Assembly: GCA_000165425.1 (NCBI GenBank)
Contig: CT868141.1
Coordinates: forward strand, 372,001-436,000
Direction of reading: 5' to 3'
DNA from: Paramecium tetraurelia
Taxonomy: Eukaryota
Length of the DNA stretch: 64,000 bases
The position numbers and the translations under genes were made by a program. The first letter of the stretch is position 1; every line of letters starts with the position of its first letter. The notes beneath the pieces were generated by a model. The model saw only the letters and a program-made list of their open reading frames with translations, had not been told where the DNA came from and ran no database searches. Of this stretch, positions 13,891 through 26,657 are shown piece after piece.

Positions 13891-14372
13891 ATGAATAATA
13901 TTAAATAAATAATATAAGCAATTAAAGGATGTATACAAATTTTAATATTAAAAGAAAACATCTAAGACTTAAAGAAGTATAATCCTTCCCCTGAATAAGA
14001 GCAAGGCATTTAGAAAATGAAATTAATACATGTTGCTGCCTCCAATCCCAGTATAGAAATTTTGCAATATTTTGTTGAAAAATCTTAAAATTTGGAAATC
14101 ACAGATTCTGTATAAATCTAAATTTATTTCAATAGATAGGAAGAACTCCGCTGCATTATGCTGCTAGTTATGGTCATTAGGGCAATGTCGAATTATTGAT
14201 AAATAAAGGAGCAAAAATAGAAGCTCAGACATTAGGAGGTGATACACCTTTGATAAAAGCTGCATAATTAAAAAACCATTAATGCTATAATTATTTAATT
14301 AGTGTGGGTGCAAATAAATCCCATCATAATTGCATAGGTCAGAGTGCTGAATAAATATATTAATATAATTGA
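13891..14372 (+). CDS. Ankyrin repeat protein
   Basis: GRTPLHYAASYGHQGNVELLINKGA and GDTPLIKAA repeats. Confidence 0.88.
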
Positions 14373-14523
14373 ATAACTATTAAGAATATTTAAATGTACT
14401 CCATAGTAATATTCATTTCTAAACATACTTTTTTCTATTTCTATAATAAGATTTATATTTGATAGAATGCAAAGATAATAAAGTTGTCTAGATTTAATCG
14501 TTTAATAATTATATAATAATATA

Positions 14524-15990
14524 ATGCAATACATTCAATATCATCCTCAAATTATAGAGGAATTTAAAATGATTGACACCAAGAGTTTATTCTAAACTAT
14601 GGAAAGTTCAATAATATAAAAGTTTGAAGATAAGGAATCATTCAAAGAAGTATACTATTATTATACAATCATAAAAAAAAAGGATTAGTCTAATAGCAAA
14701 TTCAATTTGGATTAAATTCTCTTTTAAATGATAATAAATATATTCTATTGTGCAAGTGCTTTTATGAAATGCGATATACTAAGCTGAAATAAAATGAGGG
14801 TTTTTATATTGTTATCTTATATAATTCAAAAGGAAAGGAATTCTTAATAATAAGCAATTCCAATTTGTTTACCAAAATTGAGGCCGTGATAAAAAGGTTT
14901 TGTGTGAGTAAAGGTTTTTAAAATAAATATCATATAATTGAATAAAGAAGTTAACTACCATTTGTTTAAAATTATAAAGTAACCATATTTTTATCAAATA
15001 GAATCAAGAAATGTTTAGTGTTTTATAGATAGATAAGAGATAAATTCATACTGATTTAGACTGGGATTAGTTTTATAATAGTATTATTATAATGAATTAT
15101 ATCAGTGAATAAACAAAAATAGTTAAAATTTACGAAGAAAATTCAATGTATTATTTATTTTTGAAATGCATGAAATTATAATCATTAGAATCTTTGATTC
15201 TCTAAGATTTTGAATTTAGAGAGACTCATTTAGTTTGCATAATCTATCTCATTCTTTAAACTTTACAAAAATATAAAAACTTGGGAATATATCATGGAAA
15301 TGTTAACTTAAAATCAATCTATGTGAATATATCAGATGCTGTATTATAAATACTCCTTCTATTTCCTAAATATTAATCCAATAATAACAAAGGTACATAG
15401 CTGGATTTGTTAAATCTAGGACAATTACTTTATTAAATAATATTTTATGAAAAAAAGGATAAAATTAAATAAATTATAGATCAAAATCTAATTACATAGT
15501 AAAAATAATTATTTTTAAACATGAACGCAGAAAATAAGCAATTCAAATTCTTGTATAGAATTAGTTAGTTAGACTTACTGAATCAATTACTTACCCAAAA
15601 TATTTCTATTGAAAATGCATTAAAACATTTATGGTTTGTAACTGTGAAATAAAATCTAAAAACAGAATTTGTTAAGGTAACAAAAGAACGCTTAAATTTG
15701 CGTACGATAGTTGAATCAAATAATGAATTAAGTATGACTCTATCAATGGACAAAAGACTTTCGACTAAGGAATTTGCTGAGTATGGTATATTAAATTAAT
15801 TATAGTGAATACAGAAATCGAAGATGAATTTCCAGTAAAATGTTCAATTCTAAATCCATTTTAGATGAATCCCTCAAAATAAAAACATGACAATTGTGTT
15901 TCAAAACCAAAAAGTTTTTCAAGTTATGATCTAAATTTAGTAAATAAAGAAAAATTCTTTGCAAATAATTAATCTTTTATTGTTTAATGA
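14524..15990 (+). CDS. Degenerate protein kinase-like protein (pseudokinase)
   Basis: Kinase-fold remnants: IVKIYEE..YYLFL, LGIYHGNVNLKSIYV at the HRD position, DLLNLG and ISIENALKHLWF; no DFG or APE. Confidence 0.55.
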
Positions 15991-16032
15991 GATAATAATT
16001 TTGTTATGAAAATTTATTTAGAAATGAATAAT

Positions 16033-17743
16033 TCATTTAATATTCGAAAAACTTTCCCAATATTAGATTTGTTGCACAACATTATGTGGTATGATAGCTT
16101 TTTCTGGTACTCCCTCTTAAAACACTCTAAGAAAATCTAATCTCTTTTTTAATTCATCATTGCTCTTATGTTATTTTTCAGTCGCAGCTTATTACTTCAA
16201 TTATTTGCTATTCATTTCTAAGAATTAAATAATTTGTTTTGCTTATAAATTCTCCCTAACTGCTTTTCTGATGCTGGATTCAGATAGATCAGCAATTATT
16301 AAGATTTTAAATCGTTTTTTGATTTCTGAAAACAAATTTAATAGATTGCATAAGATCTCCTCTTCCTATTGATCACCAGAGTTTAAGTACGCATAAATTC
16401 TGAAATTAGCTTCAACAATGATGTTGCATTAAATTCCTATTGAAACACTGGGGGGTTCATAAAGAAAGTTCCAAAATAGGAAAGTAATTCTCATTTACTA
16501 ATCCTGATAATGTGTTAAACCAAATTCTTATAAATCTTTGATAACATTTTTCTGCCATTCTTCATTTGGCATTTGATAAATCTTCATTGGATCCAAAACA
16601 CTCAAACAAAGTATAAACCTTACGACATTGCTAGACTATTTAGTAACATAATATTTGAGAATTTAATTAATTTATTTATGTGTTGAACTCAAAATGAAAG
16701 AGAATCCAACTCCTAAATTTCTTTCAAGTAATTTGGATTCTATTAAGGTTTATCTCACTTATTATCTATAACAAGAAAGATCTGAGCGATCTCTTCTACT
16801 AATCAGATCAAATAAATCCTTCCACTTTCTACTACATTCTCGTTTTAATAATTCTTTGTTTTCAGTACAATCCCCAATCTTTGTTAGTATGCTTTTGCTT
16901 TTTCCTTCTATAGAATCTCTCAATGAGTTTTAAAAATTAGAATCCAAATAGTAATAAGAATTTACAGCTTATTGTTATCTTTCTTCTTATTTAGTAATTA
17001 GTTTTAATTGAATTGCTAGATCTAGAATTGTATTAGGAGATTATTAGTAATTTTGAGCTTGTATGATACTTTCGGGGACTTTTCTTTCTTCAAAAAATAC
17101 CATTCTTTAAATGATTGTCCTTAAGTTTGGCGGCAAGGATCTAAAAACTGGAATACATGCCTATTCTTAAGGTTTATAGATGCTAGTATCTAATAGTTGC
17201 AAACATCCTAAGAAATCTTCCAATTATTAAGACATAGATCACAATATAAAATATTATTTAATTTAATCACCTTTTTCTGCATTTTCTGCATTTCCAATCC
17301 ATCTAATCGATTTCTTCTTGTGTTTTATTTAGAGGGATTCCTGCACAACTTTAATGATACCAACATTTTTTTTCACTGCATTCAATCCATTTTGTATCAG
17401 TTCCAGGACAATTTGGATTTTCACATTTTTGATTTGTTTATTCTTCTCTATCAGATGTTTTTTCGTCATTGCTCATAAACATGCATTCATAATCGCTTCG
17501 AACTCTTTTTTCAGGATTATAAGCAATCAAATAGGCTTTCTCGGTTTCTGATAAATATTTATCATCTTATTAGGATACATTAACTTTTCCAACTTTGATT
17601 TCAACCAAGAATTCTTCCTTTTTGAATGGAGAAACTGATTTTTTTAAACTTAATTTCTATTTCATTGTTTCTAATGATGCTCCAGGAATCCAATATCCTA
17701 AAGTTCTTTTGATATTTAATTATTCTTGGTATTAGAGATCCAT
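16033..17743 (-). CDS. PHD finger-containing protein (3' end approximate)
   Basis: KCENPNCPGTDTKWIECSEKKCWYHQSCAG..WKCRKC (Cys4-His-Cys3) at about 17275-17430, followed by a long helical region. Confidence 0.7.
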
Positions 17744-17779
17744 ATTAAAATTATTGTAATAAATATTATTGAAATTAAT

Positions 17780-18539
17780 ATGATGAAAAGCATAGTGAAA
17801 ACAGAAGAGGATTCTCCAAAGAAGCCTATTTGGGAATCTCTAATAGAGAGGGTATTCTAATAAATTAAACAAGGGATCATGTAAGAAGGAAGAAATCATC
17901 TAGAAAATTAAGGAAAAGGAAATCAAAGATAAAGAACTTGATCCAGAATGTACTTTTAAGCCTTCCCTAATCAATCAAAATTGTAAATAATCATCATTAC
18001 ATTGTAGAACCACAACTTGATAAGCCTTTTTATGAGAGACAACTAAAATGGTTGGAAGATAGAAAACAAAAGATTAATCAGAGAAGAGATGGCGCTAAGG
18101 ATAAGAGTCTAGAAAAGTGTTCATTTTAACCACAATTAGGACCCTCTCCTTAAATACCAGAAGTAGACATCAGAAATACTAAAGGAATGGACTCATTCAT
18201 TCAACGACAAGAAAAAGCAAGAAAATTAAAAGAAGAAAAGCATATGCTATTAAATAATCCATATTCACATTTGAGTTCAGAAAAGAAGGCAGTTTAGACT
18301 GTAATAATTGCTTTTATTCAATATAGAATCAATCATATTATAGTAACAATCATCCAATTTCAAAGGAATACGAGTCTATTAAGAAATAAGAAAGAATTGA
18401 ATTTTCAAAAGCAGTAGAGAATTCACAAGAAATTGAAACTTAATCATAAACTTAGCAATAATAGAAAATGTAATTGGGAATGGCGATGAAAATGTTGCAC
18501 AATCAATTATATAATATTCAATTCAATAGTGAATTTTGA
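17780..18539 (+). CDS. Hypothetical protein with C[TS]F[KQ]P repeats
   Basis: DPECTFKPSL and EKCSFQPQL motifs; several short introns; TGA at 18537-18539. Confidence 0.6.
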
Positions 18540-18601
18540 TGTGTTTATACTTGCATTATTAGATCATTATAATTATTTATTATATTTACTGTGATGATAT
18601 T

Positions 18602-19388
18602 TCAATATGTTTTTTTGATTCTCTCTGCATTTTTAGGAGAATCATAGATTGTTGGTGGTCTACGCATTTCATGTTAGAAGTGATTGTACTCAAAAGTTCT
18701 ATTTGATCTCCTAGTATAAGCTAATTCCATTAAGAAATCGAACATATCGTCCTAGGATATTAAGGTATAATTACTGTGCATGCATATGCTGCTTCATAAT
18801 ACATTGCGTAACATGGATATACTTTGGCTCTTTTCAAGTAATCAGCTTCTGTCTTATCCATTTTGAAGTGTTCAGCCTAGTCACAATCAAACCATTTCTA
18901 AAATCTAAGAGCACACAATGTAAAATAATCTTATTGTGATTAATAAGTAGGATAAGGAACATACACCTTCTACTTGGGAGGTAATCCAACCTAAAAGCAG
19001 TTAGTTCTGCCTGTTGGTGTAGTACCTCTGAATGGAAATAGACAATCTTCCAATGCCCCTATAAATTGTTAGATAAATGTATTACATCCTTCGAATAATA
19101 TTGTGTAAACATCATCTGGTTCCATTAATGAATATTTGTTAGCTGTAGTATCAAAATAGAAGCACTATTTATTATATGGATATTACCTTAGTGTACAATC
19201 TGAACCAATCTTTCAATTATTCCTTTTCCCAAACAGCATCTGTTCTCAATACAAAATCTTTTTCGTAATCTTTCCAGTTAATTCCTGTAAGGATATCAAA
19301 GCAAACTACCTCTGTGAGAGAAATCATAATTTGGTGGCATTTTATGGAAATCTTTGGGCAATGTCTCCAATAAAGGTTTTGTAGTCAT
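18602..19388 (-). CDS. COX6B: Ciliate-type cytochrome c oxidase subunit 6B
   Basis: Spliced product MTTKPLLETLPKDFHKMPPNYDFSHRGINWKDYEKDFVLRTDAVWEK..TPTGRTN..DDMFDFLMELAY matches my recollection of the Tetrahymena complex IV subunit annotated COX6B (not searched); paired Cys; several short introns. Confidence 0.75.
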
Positions 19389-19588
19389 TATATTGAACTT
19401 TTTAATTTATTTATATTAATATAAATGGCAATTGAATTAGCAATATATTTCTCAATTAGAATTACATTTCCTTCCTCAAACTCATCAAGTCCATAGGAAA
19501 AATAATTATTGCAATACTATGCATTTTCCTGAGGAAATTAAAGATATTATAAGATTGAATTGTAAAATTATAATTAATAAATAATTAA

Positions 19589-20879
19589 ATGGATCCTGAA
19601 GATGATTAGGAAATCATTGATTCTATTGTGAATGGTAGCATCCTATCTTATTTTTCAGCCCTAGAAAGTGATGACGAAAGATCGTTTTCGCCCTCCTAAA
19701 CCAGATCTGATACCAACCGTACCTACTCTCCCCAAATCAAGAGAGCACAATAGCCACAGTAATCGATAGTCACATAAATTAGATATTCAATTAAAAAAAT
19801 TTAAAGTCCTATCATTGGCTTCAAACTAGATTGTTGGACAATACAACCATTCAGTCTGGATGATGACTAGTATTTGGATGGGGATCTAGTAAGCATTAAT
19901 TTATGATATAGATTCTCAAATGCAAGGACTAAACCAATAGCAGGAAAATATAGGGTCTATTTGAAAAGGGAGATGACGAACAAAGAGAATTTATATTTTA
20001 AAAATTGTTACCCGGAATTACCTCGCTTGCCAATGATATCTTCGGAAACTATGTTGTTCAACGAATCTTAGAGCAGGGTAGTCAGCAACAAAGGGAGTTG
20101 ATATTTGAACAGCTCTCCTAGTAAATCCTAGTTTTGTGTTATAACACATATGGATGTAGAGTGGCTTAGAAATTGTTGGAGATCTCTTACAATACGGAGA
20201 AGTTTGATTAGATATTCAAAGTGGTTTCATCTCAAATCAGGAATTTGGTGCTTGATACTAATGGGAATCATGTGATTCAGAAAATTGCTGAGCTGGTTAA
20301 ATCTCAGAAAAGTGAGTGGCTGATTGATGGGGTGTTGGGGTAGATTTAAAAACTGTCCAATGATTCTCATGGGTGCAGATTAATCCAATAGATATTGGAG
20401 TTGTCTTCCATTTCACAAGTAAGCATATAGAATAAGAAAGTTGAATGATATTTATAGGGAATTATTATCGATCTAAGATGAATTGTGCTTGTCGCAATAT
20501 GGGAATTATATCGTTTAAATATTGTTGCAGAGAGGGCCGAGTGATGTGGTTTATAAGATTCAAAATACTATTATTAAGAATTTGGAGAGGTTGAGTTGTG
20601 ATAAATTTGGGAGGTATTCAATAATAGTTAAGTAGCAATGTGGTTGATAAGAGTGTAAATATTTCAGTTTATATGAGGAAGGAAATCTTAAAAGTATTCA
20701 TTCATAATATGAATGTCTTTTATAAATTATCTAATAATTGTTATGGTAATTATGTAATTTAGAATTTCTGTAAATAACTTGAATATAATTAATTAATAAA
20801 ATTATCATATGATTCAAGTTAATTTAATACTCAATTTGGTTAACATGTATATTAAACCTTATAAAAATTGAAAAATTGA
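19589..20879 (+). CDS. Pumilio/PUF family RNA-binding protein (8 repeats)
   Basis: Repeat cores SRKIQ, GNYVVQ, GCRVAQ, GNHVIQ, GCRLIQ, GNYIVQ, GSNVVD and GNYVIQ; three short introns. Confidence 0.93.
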
Positions 20880-21013
20880 TTTGATTATTAGATGATATTT
20901 AAATATCCAAAAAGGGCATTAAAATAGATTTTGGATTTTAAATATTATTTTTGTATATATTGTAAATATATAAATCTTGATAACAATATTATTTATATTA
21001 TCCAAATTTTAGA

Positions 21014-21812
21014 ATGGGCAAAGAACTTGAAAAGAGCAAGGATTAACATGTATTTCGATTAATCTTAACTGAAGGGATCTTCGAGCAAGAAGAATAAGAA
21101 GGACAAGAAGGACAAGAAGGAAAAACATAAGAAAAAAGACAAGAAATAGAAAAAGGAGGGTTAAAAACAAAAGTAATAGAAGAAAAATTAGTGGGGAAGA
21201 TATGGCACAATTAGGTTATATAATATCATTATTAAAGCAATACAGACATGTATTTAAAACGTGAGGAGTTTTTGATGTGGCTTTCCGATGTTAAGATGCT
21301 TAATATTGAAGCAATCACGCCACAAGAGGAGAAGAAGTTTTTCGAAGAATACGTTGAATGTTATAACACAGCGACATTTCCATCCAAAAAGTTTTATAAC
21401 TTCAAGGTTTGGTTTGAGAAAGAACAACTTAAGGAGCATTTGCAATAAGCAGAAATTGAAATGCTCACCTTCGATGATGAGAAGGAAAAACAGTAATTTA
21501 ATTGTGTATTCAATCTTTAATAGGAAAGAACAATAGGAATAGAAGGAGTTGATCAAAAAGCAAAAATTATAAAGAGAATATTAACATCTTCATGAATTTT
21601 AGAATATTGTAATAAATTGGTTATTTATTAAGGCACAAGACATGCAAAAATAGAAACAACTATAAGAACTCTTGAGACATCATTTTCAAATGGGCAATCA
21701 TGAAGCTGCTGTGAAAATTCAAAAGCAACTCAATCCTATCCATACTCTTGATATGAATCAAATCTAACAACAACCACCAATTGACTACGACTACGATTAT
21801 GAGAATTTCTGA
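21014..21812 (+). CDS. Conserved uncharacterised eukaryotic protein with Lys-rich N-terminus
   Basis: K-rich tract, then WGRYGTI..TDMYLKREEFLMWLSDVK..EEKKFFEEYVECYNTATFPSKKFYN and a coiled-coil tail. Confidence 0.75.
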
Positions 21813-21934
21813 TGATCTTTTAATATATATATATAAGACAAACAAGATATTCCATTTAATATATCCATATGTTAAAGAGGATAATAAAATTAAAATGTGT
21901 AGCTGTTAATTTATATAAATAATTTGAATATCAA

Positions 21935-23796
21935 ATGGCAAAAATAATAGATAATTATATATTAATCGAGGGTATAGGACAAGGAACATTCGGTGAAATA
22001 CACAAAGGCAGAAATTTAATATCTAAAGAAGCAGTGGCTGTGAAAACTATTAAATTGGACAGATTTTTAAATGACTCAATATTGAAGGATATGATAATTA
22101 ATGAAATCTAAGCATTAAAGAAATTAGAGGATTAATACATCGTAAGAATGATTAAAATGCTAAAATCGGCTAATAATATTTATTTAGTCTATGAACACTT
22201 AAATGGGGGATCGTTAGCAAATTATTTATATGAAAAAGGTCGACTAACAGAATAAGAGGGAAGATAAATTATGTCAAATGTATTTAAGTATGCTTTTACC
22301 CTTAATATTTAGAGGATTCAAGACTTTAAATCATGAAAAAATCATTCATCGAAATATCAATCCAAATAACCTATTCTTTAATGACGGAATCGTTAAAATA
22401 AAGAATTTCTTTTGTTGCAAGTCCCCAGCAAGTCAGAAATTGTTTGATCCTGGTATTTCAAAAATATTATATAGAAAACTTCATATACTCTGCGCCTGAA
22501 ATATTACTAAAGACATAATAACCACAACATGAAGACAAATGTGATATATTCTCCTTGGGATTGGTGTTTTATAAGATGTTTCTGGGATAATTGCCATTCC
22601 CTGAAACACTAACTTAAGAGCAACTTATTGATTTATATAAAAATCAGTAATTCAATCCAAATGTTGAAGATCTATCAGAAAATACTGCCTACATTTTGAA
22701 TGGAATGTTATAGGTTGATTAAGCCAGAAGAATAGAATGGCAAACACTGTTTCATGAAGATTAGGTACCTACTATGTCTGGTTTAGTAAATTCAACCAAT
22801 ACAAACTTTGCTTCGAATTATTAAATCAATTCACAAGTATAATAATTTGAGACTGGAGGCTAAAATTTTTACATCTCACAACAATCCTTGTAAAATCATA
22901 TTACTACAAGTCCAAATGAGTTAGTTAAACGAAAAACAAATGTTTCTGATAAGGAGAACATAAAATCAAATAAAGAAAATGATTCAGCATAAATCTTTGC
23001 AAAAACAACAGAAAAGGAGCAAACCTTATCATAATAACAATCCTAATAATAAACCTTATAAATTTAATCATCCAATATTAATAGTTCCTCACAGAGTGTA
23101 GTTAAACAAATTCAAACTTAATTAAATGAGTTAAGACATAAATTTAATATTATAATATAAGGAACATGCAAAATTGAATAGTTAGATAATTGGTCAGCTA
23201 AAATAAAAACTGAAATCTGCATGATATTCTTATTAAAAAAAGCAATCAAATGCATAAACGAGATGTTAGACATCTGCTAAAATACTGACAGATAATGGGC
23301 AATTTCGAAGAACAAGTCAGAAATAATTAAGATTCTATAAAAGGACTATGATGATTTAGTTGCAAATTACAAACAAGTTAAATAAATGGTATAGAGTTAA
23401 TTATCATATTCAATAGAACACTTGTCCACACGAAGAGTTGAATACTCACGAAATGATAGATGAACAATATGTGGATAATGTATTAATTATGATAGCTAAA
23501 TAAATTGCTATGGATTTGGGCTAAATTCGATCAAGTATGAGAAGTAATTCTCAAATTAAGAGCAATGTAACTGATATATTTTTTAATATTCTTAGTCATT
23601 TAATTACGAATAAACTAGTTAAAGGAATGGTAGCTTTATTGAATCGAAACAAGGTACTTCGAATTAGTACATTTTTGCAATCTTTTTAATAGATTTAGTT
23701 AAAGGCATGAATTTTGAAGATCAAAAGCCTTATTTTAAAAAGTTAGAAGAATCGAAATTGCCTGAATTGTTAGACTTTAAACTCAAATCTATTTGA
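21935..23796 (+). CDS. ULK-like pseudokinase with Q/S-rich and helical C-terminal regions
   Basis: GQGTFG and VAVK are retained, but HRD reads HRN(INPNN) and DFG reads NFF; APE and DIFSLG are present. Confidence 0.85.
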
Positions 23797-23837
23797 TTGT
23801 ATATTTTATAATAAACAATATAAATAAAATTATTTTA

Positions 23838-25675
23838 ATGATCTAAAAAACAGATTACTTTGTTGATGACGATAAAGAAAGGGAATATAGAATTCAAAGT
23901 AAGAATAGTTTTCATTAATAAAGGAATGGAAAAGCAATTAATTGAAAACTAGTTTACTAAGTAAACGTATCCAAAAAAATATGATTATACAATCTCGAAA
24001 AGTAACTATGCAGTTCCAATAAATTAATTGGATTATAAATCATTTTATCAATCCTTTATGCCTTAAGATTAGAAATAGATGAGTCTTTAAAATTTATAAG
24101 CTTCTTAAAATAAAACATCGACATTTAAATTGAGTCATGATAATAATAAAAAGGAAGTAACACCAAATAAAAAGCAGCAATAATCATTATATCGAGATAT
24201 CTTATAAAAATAAGTTGAAGAGAAACAAATATAATTGAAATAGTAAAAGGTGAAGCTTGAATGCACTGATCTCTTTACTAATAATTAATCGAACACACCA
24301 AATAATAAGATTAACAGTTTGAGTAAGTCAGAATATTAGAATTATTTGTAATTGTAAATATTGGAGAAATAAGGCAGTAATAACAAAAGATTTGATTCTC
24401 CTAATAAAAATTTATAATAAATTGAGGAGTAGACTCAAGATAAAAATTCTAAGGGATCAAAAGAATTTTAAATAATTTAGAAGTAATTAAAATAATATTA
24501 GGAAGAAAAACAATAAAAGGATCGTAAACTTTTACTGCAGTAGAAATTTGAGTAGTCAACGTCAATTCATGAGAAAACTAAAGAGAAGACTTTTTCTCCT
24601 GAGAATCATAATAGAAAGAAGAATTATATATAGGAAGAAGAAGAGGACAAAGCCAGAACTTAACAATAGAAAAGTGTTGTATCCAAAATATTGACTGAAT
24701 AAATACAGGAAAAATAGAAAAAAAGAAATGAGGAGAAAAAGCAATAGGAAACAGAGGACAAATTGGCTGAAGAGAGATGGAAAAACGAAGTTTAAATGAT
24801 GAAAGAGGAGAAAAAAAAAGAAGAAGAACTCAAAAAGGAATAATAAGGAAGTAATTGAATTATGCTTAATGAATTATTTAGAAATTCAATAGGAGAATAT
24901 TAGGATGCATTAATTGAAGTTAAAGCAATAGGAGGGGAGAAACAGGAGCAAATCAAATTCATTGCAAGAATCAAGGAATGAGGAGGAATTCAAAGAAGAA
25001 CTGAAATATTTTTAATAAGAGATAGAAGAAGAAGATTATTAATCAGAATTGCTATAACAAAATGAGTAGATGGATGATGTACCATAATAATACTAATAAT
25101 AATATCACTATTAATTTACAGAAAATAATGTCAAACCAAATAAGACTTAAAGTTTTATTGATTAATAGAATTTGGAATTAGATTAAATAAGACATTAGAT
25201 GATGGATTAATAATAGTAATTAGAAAGACAAATTCATGCTGCAAAGAAATTGGCTTAAATAGGTTTATTAGAAGGGAAGAATAGAATAGAAAAAGAGATA
25301 GTAATTTAGTCAGGTAGAAATAATCAATATTTTAATGAAGATTATTCAATAGGATTGCTTAGTAAAAATTAAAGTAAGTATTAATATGAATTACCTTTTC
25401 TATTTAATTAAAAAATCTAACGTGATTATTTATATACAGATAATCTATTGAGTAAAGTTCAATTCAATGGTTAATCTAGTTTAATGCCAATTTCTATTCA
25501 GAATAATAAAAACCCATCAATATATTAGGTATCTTCTGAATAACAACAGAATGAAGCTCGGTCAAAATCGAATTCTCAACATTCTAAATAACATTTTCAT
25601 ACTTAGTTAATAGAGTCACAAAAACTTAAATAAAATGATGCCTTAAGTCAATTGCTTTTAGAGTATCATGATTGA
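23838..25675 (+). CDS. Hypothetical Q/E/K-rich coiled-coil protein
   Basis: Long purine-rich reading frame under the ciliate code with short introns; TGA at 25673-25675. Confidence 0.6.
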
Positions 25676-25753
25676 ATTAATAAATATCAACTCGTATTAA
25701 CTACAAATTCTATTTATGATTAATCTATTATTAATAAAAGTGCAATAATTGAA

Positions 25754-26597
<844 letters not shown>

Positions 26598-26657
26598 AGT
26601 TTATCAGAATGTAATAAATTAGAATTAATAATAATTAATACAAATCAAAGAACAATG

